Below, in pieces: positions 12,973 through 23,200 of a stretch of DNA of 64,000 nucleotides; the first letter of the stretch is position 1, and every line of letters starts with the position of its first letter. Location of the stretch: assembly GCA_002633005.1 (NCBI GenBank), contig NMRA01000133.1, positions 738,627-802,626 of the forward strand, read 5' to 3'. Position numbers and translations under genes: made by a program. Under the pieces are notes generated by a model that saw nothing but the letters and a program-made list of their open reading frames with translations, was not told where the DNA came from and searched no databases. The DNA comes from Phoronis australis (Eukaryota; Animalia; Phoronida).

Positions 12973-15312
12973 TCACTTGAATCGACTCAGCACGCGCTTG
13001 TTCAGGACGAAGAGAATAAAAATAAGTACTCCTTGTGAGGAATTTAACACAATGAAAATGTACCACACTATTTCATTATTTGCAAGCATCGCGACGAAAC
13101 CAAAAACCCAAGACAGTCCTAGCAGAACAAACAACTTGACGTAGCCAGTCAAATGGTTTTGGCGTTTTGCTTGAGTTAGTTTTTCCCGCCGTTTTATTGA
13201 CTTGTGCATCAAATACGAAGACAAAAGAAAAAACACGACGTTTATAAGCATGACGATGGCCACGGGAGCTAAAAAGAGTACCAGTAACGCGTTTCGTTGG
13301 GTAATCCAACACATCCCGTTGGCAGCGTATTTGGGCTTAAAATTTTCGAATGGACCGTCCATGAAATTTATGGCAATAGAGGACAATACTACAACACCGG
13401 GAACAATGACTAAGGCGTAAAGACAATATGTGACAAGTTTCCACTTATTTGATAAAACAGTCGTCTTCAATGGGTTGAGCAAACACCACGTATCATACGC
13501 CAAAACGTTCATCCAACAGAACTGCGACAGGCCCGTCCAGTGGCGCAAGACTCCAAATATTGTACAAAGTGATGTTATGTCGCCAGCCAACGGGGCAAAC
13601 AAATGGGAAAGGTTGAACGTAAGCAACGTCAACGACAACACGAACTGCAGTATCCCTGGAAACGTACGATACTGTCGTACAAAAGGTTGCAGAATCAAGC
13701 GCACCAAAAGACAGACACTAGAAAGCGACATACCTACAATGGTTAACACACCCTTGATACCATTGGGCACAATGTAGCATACAAAAAGGCTACCGTTATT
13801 GTCCAAAAAGAATTCTCCGTCATTTAACACCGAGTTACTCGAGTTCAAAATAATAGACCCATTTAGCAAAATCGCAAAAGTCACGGGAAAATTTGTGCAA
13901 TATTTGTGGTCACTGTTGTGAACAGGTTTATGGCAGAAGCTTGTATTGAATATGCCCGCACTTTCCTCGTAGTAAAAGGTGACGTTAATCAAACTATCGA
14001 ACATCATGACTCTACTTTTTATAAAACGTTCCGTTGCTTCCTCCATTCTGTGCATTGTCTGTGAATAGAAATGTATATTTTCACATTGTTTTCTAGTGAC
14101 TCTTCCTATAAACACAGCAGTAACCAACACCTGAAGACACAGTTCTGTTACAGTAACTCGATTGGACATATCGGGACTTGCGTGTAAATTAAAGTCCATT
14201 TTCAATGATCTCTCAACGAATTCAGAAACGTCCTCGGCAAGATCGTGGCCAAAAGTAAAATTCCGATTTAAAAATATTGCCAACCGAATTTCGGTTTCAA
14301 TCAATATAAAGTCCGCCACACAGCGGCTGTTTTTCAAAACGTACCCTGGTTGACATGTATCGAAAGTGCAACTGCTGAGGTCGTTTAAACATTGTCCTTT
14401 CGACAGCTTAGTTGTTGGCAGACGACTGTTTGATAGCGAAATTATAAGTTTTCCCTCCTCAGATATATCAAATAAGAATGACAACGAGAACTTTGAAGGC
14501 TCAAGTGGTGTTGTTAGATAACGTGGCCAATCCTTCAAACAAGTCATATTCATTACGCCGTTACATGCTGCGCACGCAGAATTTTTTATGACCACCTTCT
14601 CGTCCTTCACAAATTCCTGACCTCCAATATCGCAACGGTTTTGAGACATCCCTACGCATGTGGTTATGGCGCTCGAGATACATTCTCTTCGTTCGTGGTT
14701 GGCATCATCAAAGACCAATAAACATTCTTCGTCTTTAAAAAGTTTTCTCATCTCTTCCATTTGATCATAGTACGACGTAGTGTTGCTATATTTACGGCAT
14801 TGGAGTGTGACGTTCGAGAAGGCAATAGTGTGGACGCTGTTACATTTGGCACAGTAGAGGTTACTGTACTGTATACCTGTGTCCCTGTCTCGCACTGGTA
14901 GTAGGCCAATGATGGACCCAGTCGATCGACGGCACTGTAATCTGATCTGATCATCTTTCCAACTTGTGGGACATCCTGTTACCATCAAACGTTCTGCCCC
15001 ACCGAAACCTCCTGCCCGGCATTCGCTGGAAACTTCGTTGTGCTGGCCTGCTATTGTCATCCCCTGTTAAAACTCAGTCGGACAGTTATCTAAAAAATCA
15101 GCACAGCAGTCCCTATAGATGAGGCAGAGGTTATCACAAGAACACAATCTAATAGGTGATTTTCTACGCGACGACGCAACACCACAAGAGTCATTGCATG
15201 AATGCCAGTAGAAATGCTTGTGACACGTAGGAGGGGCCCCATTTTGAGTTTCCAGGGCGCATGTGACCGACTGGTAAAGCACAAAGGCTAAAAACGTTCG
15301 AACATTTGCCAT
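12973..15312 (-). CDS. Intronless family-B (secretin/adhesion/Methuselah-like, 7tm_2) GPCR with N-terminal signal peptide and somatomedin-B domain, interrupted by one in-frame TAA at 15067-15069 (possible null allele or pseudogene)
   Basis: ORF 15312-15067: hydrophobic leader and SCNDSCG...CSCDNLCLIYRDCCADFLDNC (SMB). ORF 15060-12973 is in the same frame: Cys-rich repeats (PVRD..YSNLYCAKCN; KNSACAACN) and seven hydrophobic helices with CxxxGxxxHW...FCWMNV, CWI, LFVLLGLSWVFG and FIVLNSSQGVLIF motifs. Confidence 0.85.
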
Positions 15313-15999
15313 GTTTGGACCATTCTAACAACCACGACCGCTTCCCGTACATAACCCATACGCAGCAATTAAAGTCCCAGTGCAATTTTCTTACAATTAT
15401 CACCAGATCAAACGAACAACAAATACTGATACGGGAAAAAACTGTCGAGCAATCATTGAAATTGTCTAAATCATTACGAAAGAATAAGCGTCAGCTGCCA
15501 ATAACGCTTGTCTAATGAGACGTGGTTTTGGGCGATCCTTCATGACCATTAATGGCTACCCAGAGTGATTTCATTATCAAATTCCAGAATTTGTCCATCT
15601 GTTGTAAATTTATCATTGAAATGTTTTGTTTCGTCAGATTTACCTTCAAAGTGTCGTTCTACTATACATCGGATGACTGTCGCAATCCTATTTCCACTTG
15701 ACGAATCCAGCACTAAAGCTATAACTTCAAGAATCTGAACTCAAAATCTCGAGTGTTTACTAGAAACCTCCAGTTATCGCTCGACTTTGTAGCTGGAACC
15801 TAGAGGTCGTCAAGTGCGCATTTGGAATATACACTTACTTTCGTAATCTTCCAATTGGAGCACAGAATCATAGATAATTTTCTTGAGCTCATATTAAAAG
15901 AGTGTGTCACAAATATTTTGTAGGCCTACTGAAGATTAGACACCGGGCCCAAAACCAATCTAAATTGGCAAAACACCAAAATTCACTCAGCATAGTTAA

Positions 16000-17681
16000 A
16001 GGAGAATGCCACCCAAAAACAACCTATTTTGTTTCAATTTAGATCGAGTAGTTCTACTCGAAAACGGCACGTTCGGTTGCGCAACCTGACACCTGACGGC
16101 AGACGGAGGTGTTGAAATTATCCAATGACGTAATTGGTTTCACACGCAGTCTGTTCAGCAGTTCAAAACACGGGTTAGTGGTGTCGGCTTATTGCTTGAA
16201 TTCGTCGTTTAACACCAATAAATCATCAAACTTCGATGTAAAACCCTTAAAAATACACCGAGTTCTTATGAAAACGTGTTGCTTTATTTCGCAGTTACAC
16301 ATTTACTGGTATTTGGACACACCATAGCCTACAAAGTTCGGTAGGCCAATTTACCAAGGTCCGTAGCAGCCGGGAGTTTGGGGTCTGTTCGGAGATAAAT
16401 TCAAATATTCTTCCGTGGAATACAGAAAAGAGAACCTAGATCTGTATTGTTAATACTTGTGATTTTTTTAGTTCTAAACACACAAAACGCTCGTTATCCC
16501 GACCTGAGTGGCTCCGACCCGATCAGGGCCCGGCCGTTGCGGCCGCTGGGACTGGCACGAGCATAAACCAACTTGAGTTGGAAACTAAACCTCCAGTCAC
16601 GAAAAGACTATAATAGTGAGCCGAAGGAATAATGTGTACGTAATTATTTATGTGAATTAGCCACGGAACTGAAAATCTACTTACTTGTCGGGGGGCGCGA
16701 AGTCGGGTTCCACTTCCACAGACCGTCAGGGCAAAGGTTGTACAGTAACAATGATTTGAATAATGTATTTGTATTTCTAAATAAAGATTCCCCTAACATG
16801 CGACCATAGCACATAAAATCGAGCAATTGTTTCACAGCAGCTTTCTGTCAACAGCTTTCTATCAGCAAACACTGAATTAGCATGCGCTCACATGGCCTCG
16901 TTGCCCGGTAAATTACCTTTATTGCCGGCATCAAAAGCCAGTAACGCAGTGGCCATTGCTGGCTTCTTAACATTTGCACTCACGAATACTGCAAAGGCAT
17001 TACAAATTGTATCTAATGAGACAGACTTCGTTTCAGTTTTATATAAGCATTGTAGAGGGGTGGGAATAATTCATTTTGAAACAGAACGCAGAGCAAACGT
17101 CTACATGGCAACTCGCCGTCGCCAATCCCGAATTAGTCAAGAGCTCATCCGTCGAACACTTCACGGGTAGGATCGTAAGGTTTCACAGGCTATCAAATCG
17201 GACCAGAATACACTGATCAAGAAATACTAGAGAGGCGCCGTGAACATGCACAGGCAACAGAACGTATGGATAGTTCAGTCTTTGGTAAGCCGGAATTCGT
17301 CAGAGAAATCATTGTCGACGAAAAGCCGGCCCGCACAGACACGGAGATGTTTCACGGCCTCATACTTTTAACAGCGTACTTTTCATTCTTCACTACCTCG
17401 AGCCACTTCCTAAGCATTTCGGGCTCTCGAGGAAGTCGAAAAAATGACATACCCGCTTTCTTCCCAGCTTCATATAGTTCGGACAAGCGGGAACGATGCA
17501 CCGCAGTATAGCGGCATTCACTCTGCAGACGAACCACTGACGTCGCTGCGTCGTTTCTCACCTTCCTCACAAGTTAACACGACACCTCTCGGGAAGGTGA
17601 TGTCTACCGTATAAGAGGCGATGTAGATATAGACCGATTAAGACGGTAAAAAAGACTAATTAAATCGGGTGGCATTCTGCT
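16000..17681. mobile_element. Kolobok-like non-autonomous DNA transposon with a frameshifted THAP-domain remnant (about 17290-17560, minus strand)
   Basis: TTAA|AGGAGAATGCCACCC ... GGGTGGCATTCTGCT|TTAA (15-bp TIR, one mismatch, TTAA TSD, RR start). Internal SFFRLPREPEMLRKWLEVVK, then in a shifted frame HLRVCAGRLFVDNDF, a THAP-like pattern. Confidence 0.8.
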
Positions 17682-17749
17682 TTAAACTTGCACTCCAAAC
17701 AATACGGTTACCCGAATGTGCACTTAAGAACATTAATCCGTTAGTCATG

Positions 17750-18190
17750 TAGTCCTATATAGAATTCCTTACAGTTGGACGCACACAGAGACGCTTCTGT
17801 GACAGGTTGAAAGAACATCACACCTCACAGAAAAGTAACATTTTTGGCATTGTGCTAGCTACAATCACCAAGCCAGTACGCTGTTAGTAAATTATCTGCA
17901 GAGAACCTAAGGAGTTACTGTACATTAAAGAGTCTAGCATGCCACTGATTCTTCAGCTGAATAACATGCAGAGCTCAGTGACCCTGCAACTGTGGTGATG
18001 ACCAGCTGCCGACTATTCCGTAAGCCTATATGTATCTCTCACTTCACTCTATGGATGTTACCTGAGTATATGTTGGCACTTGTTGTCCTAAATTGTTGCA
18101 AATATGAACCTGATGATGTCTAATGAAAAGACGAAACGTTGAATTGAACATGAACTTTTTTATTAGTGTGGCGATCGCCCAGTTTTTAAT
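17750..18190 (+). mobile_element. Penelope-like retroelement 3' remnant (GIY-YIG endonuclease fragment plus 3' repeat)
   Basis: Reads VGRTQRRFCDRLKEHHTSQKSNIF and later ELLYIKE...QLNNMQSSVTLQL, typical of the PLE GIY-YIG C-terminus. A hammerhead core follows. Confidence 0.65.
18103..18146 (+). ncRNA. Minimal type I hammerhead ribozyme motif (Penelope-associated), possibly degenerate
   Basis: CTGATGA-T-GTCT-AATGAAA-AGAC-GAAA-CGTTG: conserved core boxes, a 4-bp stem II and palindromic AACGTT at stem III. Stem I is weak. Confidence 0.6.
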
Positions 18191-20245
18191 CTTTTTGTTA
18201 ATAGTTTTATTTTAATTTTAATTAAGCTTAGCAATTATAAATTGCATTCTGCTTTCGTAGCAAATATTCCAGTTAGAATCTAATAAATAGTCTTTGAAGT
18301 TGTAATATTAAAACTTAAAAAATGTTTATAAATAGTCAGCAAGTCTTCCCCGCGCGTGAGCACTGAATTGACCTTGAGAGAGCATACAGCTAGACAGTCT
18401 GGCCGCGTTTCTTGAGTTGAGGCTCGTCTGCATTTGAATGAACGTGGATAGTGGAATTCGCCGCCGACTGATGAGATGTGACCGTTTAAGAAGTTGTTTG
18501 CATGTCCTTCCGACTGGAAGTACGTACAGTTGCGATTCCCGATTTGTCAATCATAACGCGTTTGGTTGTCTTAGTGTCGTTTTGCAGACGATAAAATGTA
18601 AAGCGTAAGGATTTCTACTTTGCACTACTTTGGGATTCGCCCATGTAATGTAAAAAATTACGTACTCGGTGTTATTAAGCAGTCGTCAGTGTCGTAACAC
18701 ATTCCAGGTCATGTGAGAAAAGTATATATATGCAAGTGTGGATGAAAATGACATTTAAACTTGCTGCCACGAAATTAACTTAACACACGAGCAAAATAGA
18801 TTACAGTGTAGAGCTTTCGACTTGAGATGCTCGGCCGGAAGCTAGCCTTGTGCGAATGTGCACATCGCTCTTATTCGTTCAAGTTTTCTTGAGGGATCAT
18901 ATGTAACCGGAAAAGACGGGGAGCCGCACAAAGTCAAATCGCTCTCCAAGTTGCAGTGAATTTTGCGGATGCAGAAAGATAAAGTGTTTCGTTTTATGAA
19001 TAGGCACGTGGAACAATACGTTAACCTGTTCTTTTGAGGCACGCAATTAAAGCTCTTGTTGGACTGAAGGACAGTCACCAGACACTCAACATCGCCATCG
19101 GCATGAACTTACCGGCTTGTCGCGTTGCCGTTACGTGTCTACCGTTGAGTGATGATGTTGATTGTTGGGTGTGCCAACCTGCTTATTCACCAAGTTTGCT
19201 TCCCATTATTTTGGCGTGACTATGACTACCATCCACCTATCACTTTTCTCTCTGCCTCTGCTTGCTAGTTTGTGTTATAAATCTGACTACACAATGCACT
19301 GCAGTGCCACTGCACTCTGGACCTAGACTAGTGACAGTGTAGTGATCGGCAGTCATTTCCTCAATTTTGGGATGGAGTTTCGGCCCCATTTTCCTCTAAA
19401 AAATATTGAAAAAATTGCGAAATTCCCCACACCAGGCCCAAAAATTGCCCTCAAGTAATTAAAAAATTCCCCTCAAGGTTCAGATCACTTGTGACCCACA
19501 CAGGTGACAATTTGAAAGCACTCAAAATGTTAGTTTTGGCTACTTGAGGCAGAGCCTGTGAGGGCTTGTAACACGGTGGAGGTGCTGTCGATGGTGATCA
19601 TGAAGTAAAATTTTCTCTTCACGCCAAAAAGTTCCCTTTTCCGTTGGATTAACGAGGTCACTGAGCGTTTAGGCGGCTGGCGGCAAATCCTAATCCATCG
19701 TGTATGGCAGAAGAGTTTATATAAATTATGCTTAACCCTGGTTAAACTACAACAGTGACATTACTTTGTGTAGCTCTTGGGTGTAGGTGGAACCTTTTTG
19801 GGAGTTTGAGTCTGACTCCTTCAAACCTGAGCAAATTCTTTCGCAGTCGATGTTTTTTGTGAAAAGTCTCATTCCATCGATGAAGTTGAAGGCTGCCATT
19901 ACAGTCAACGTGCTTGACGTCAAATGTACTGGGGTTATACAAGGTCTTCCAGCCTCCTCGAGAGGAAGCAGCACAGACTGAACTGCATGTCTATGTAGTG
20001 TACTACCCAGTACCATTGATGTAAATTTCCTGACTCAGTGTCAGCAGCTAATTGATAGTCCTTGACTAGACTGACTACAGTTATTCAATTTACTGTTACA
20101 TTGAACCATTGCAATGTTACAAATCAATCTTAACTCCTTAGTTCTCACTGGCTTTATCAATGTTTAAGAACAAAACTATGTCAAAATTCGTGTTGAACTG
20201 AATTTCAACCATTTGTTTTGCAGTGTTCCGTGAGTCACTGATGCT

Positions 20246-23200
20246 ATGAGTAAGTCAAGGCGGCGAGTGACAGTTGAACGTGATGAAGAGGATGACAAGA
20301 GGAAGCCGAGTGTGTTTGAACGCCTTGGTACAGGAGGCTTATCTAGGACGTATGAGGTAGATTTAAGCTTATTGTGCATTGGTACGGGAGGCTTATCTAG
20401 GACGTATGAGGTAGATTGAAGCGTATTGTGCCTTGGTACAGGAGGCTTATCTAGGACGTATGAGGTAGATTTAAGCTTATTGTGCATTGGTACGGGAGGC
20501 TTATCTAGGACGTATGAGGTAGATTTAAGCTTATTGTGCATTGGTACGGGAGGCTTATCTAGGACGTATGAGGTAGATTTAAGCTTATTGTGCATCTGAG
20601 TTGATTGTACAGTATAACTGGTCAGTTTCATATAGGTCCCTCGCTGTTATGTTTTTACATGACTTGTGATGTTTAGTTCTCATAAAGCTCGTGGTTACTC
20701 ATATGCGCTAACAGTACACTTGCCTGCGTTTTCTGGAGAAGGAACAATGCAATACCATGTTTAAAGATTGACTTCGCACGTATTCATTCAATTTTACAGG
20801 TTGCTGCTTTCCTTGTGTAATCTTAAATCCCCCATGTTGCACTCTTAAATTCCTACAAAGTCCAGGATCACACGACTCTCATGTTGTTTTGATGAATGTT
20901 AGTTTCAATCTTTTAGACTTAAGTCTCGTGAAAATACGCTGGTGGCACATTTGCCTGTGACATCATTTTTCTGAGGAACAACGAGCACGTCTTTGCATGG
21001 AGTCAGTTGTTTTCAGAGGCTGGGTGGAAGCAATGGTTGTCCCGCCTTGCCTCATCTTAGATTGCCAGTGTTGCGCTCTTACTCGCCACATTGAGCTCCC
21101 ATAAATTTCAGGGTCGTAAAATTCTTTTCAACTATCGGTCTCATGAAATTACGCTGGCTTTGCACTTGCATGCGACATCATTGTCTCTATGGTAACTTTG
21201 TTACTGCACTGAAAGATTGACTTTGATATGTAAGCTGCCACAGACATGCTTAAACAATCGCATAAAGTTTTAGACCTTACTTACTTTAAATTTCACAGAG
21301 CCCTCCTCGCCGCACAGAATTCATTCAGAATTGCATTTCTTTTCTTTTCACAATTTTAATTCATAACAATTAATGAGATCATACCAAAAATGCAAGTGTG
21401 AAAGATAGATTGTGTACATCACCATGTACATTACGTGATTGTTGGTTTGTTGCCGAAACTACTGATCTGCATCCAGGAATTAATGATACCTCAAGGTAAT
21501 TGGTCTATTAAATGTGTTTGAGATCATTTTTTCATTGCCCCATTTTGTGTTCGAAGTCAACGAGAAGGCTCTGGTGTGAGAGTGTTCTTCACATTTGATT
21601 TAGGCGATTTTAAGTAAACTGATTTTAAACAGCTTGATTCACACGAGTGACCAATGTGTATTGGTCATAATCTCGGCTTGCATTTACAAATTCCAGGTCG
21701 CAAACGCGACCTGTAGCTCATTATGTCGAGAGCTGAAACTGGTCGATAAATTTTGGTTGGTGAACGGTGTAAGCCTGGTTTTAGTTAGTACATGGAATAT
21801 CAGTGTGTGCTGATAGTCTAAGGTAAGCTAGAACATGCAGAAGAATAAAAAACCATTGCATTGGAATTACAGAATATCACGAATTTTCGAAATTGTGCAG
21901 ATTGAAAAGGGACTGAAGCTTGTTGATAGAACACCTTAGTTTCTGTATAACGTGTCTTTCAACAACATTACCAATAATGCACATTCTGTTTGTTAAAATT
22001 ATAAATTTGTTCAATTGTATGTTGCAGGGCTTGGAATTTTCCGCGGAAACGCGGATTTCCGCTTTTTTCAAATGTTCTGTCCGCGTATTTTATTATATTT
22101 CCGCGTAAAAAAAATCGGATTTGATATAAAATTTCCGCGGCAAGTTCTTTCTTACCGCCGCGTTGCCGACGACTTTTGCCTCGAAAAGCGGAAGTTGCTC
22201 TTTATGTTTCGGAGGAACGTAAAATGTCAACATTGCCGGGGCATCTGGGATAGTGTGGTGGATTTCCTCAATGGCGGCTCGTGTGATTGTAAACTGCAGT
22301 GACAAATACTACGACTCTGCAGCCAAAAATATTTGGAGGTGGGAGTGGCGGACGAGCTAAGACAGACGCAGACGCACGCTTCCGCAGGTGGTACTGTTTT
22401 TTTTTTTTTTTTAGTCCTCGAATTTTGTTGGCATAACCCACTTTATCAAGGCTGGCATGCGCGCATGTTTCGGGCCGTAAAAATTTCCGCGTTTTTCGCC
22501 ATCGGTCATTCCAAGCCCTGATGTTGTTTTGAAGGTGCATTGATTCTTGTTTTCGACATTGTTCAACATCTGGATAAAAGTATTTTGTTTTTTGTAGGGT
22601 CAGAGTTACTCTGACAAATGCCGTAACTGGCTCAAGTATGGGACGTGTACCTACGGCTCTAACTGTCGGTACAGTCATGGCGACGACTCAAAGAAAGGGT
22701 ATAGTATAATACTGTCGATGTGAAAGTCTCTGTGTAAAGTGATTATGTTGCAATGCAGCTGTTCTTTACAAGTAAGGTGCTCGCCTATGCGTGTGTCGTT
22801 TGCTAATTTAACTCATCTCTTGTCCTTCATTATAGTGGAAAAAAAAACAATGCTTTAGACTTGTACGATGTTGCTTTTTAACATTTGATAGGTTGGCATT
22901 CAAAACTGTACACAATAGAATGACTGCTTGTTCACGTGACTTAGTGAATGCACTGAAGGTGCTGTTGTTCAGTCCCTTGAACTGACAAGTCTATGCAGTA
23001 TGGTAAAAATTCTCCATTTTGGGACGGCGAAAATTGTTTTGCTGGAGGTTGGAGTAAGGAGTGTACATAGAATAGGAGAGTTCACTCCGCCATCTTGTCA
23101 TTCGCCACAATGGTTATCGGTCGAACAACTAGCGCCTCAAGCGGCAAATAAGCAATACTAATTTAGCTGCGCAGTCCGAACCATGTAAACACTAATAAAT

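Noticed and set aside
13076-14954. Short ORFs overlapping the GPCR on both strands
   Set aside because: Alternative-frame and antisense shadows of the receptor ORF.
20176-20631. 151-aa minus-strand ORF with MHNKLKSTSYVLDKPPVP repeats
   Set aside because: Antisense shadow of the ZC3H13 exon and the 54-bp donor repeat.
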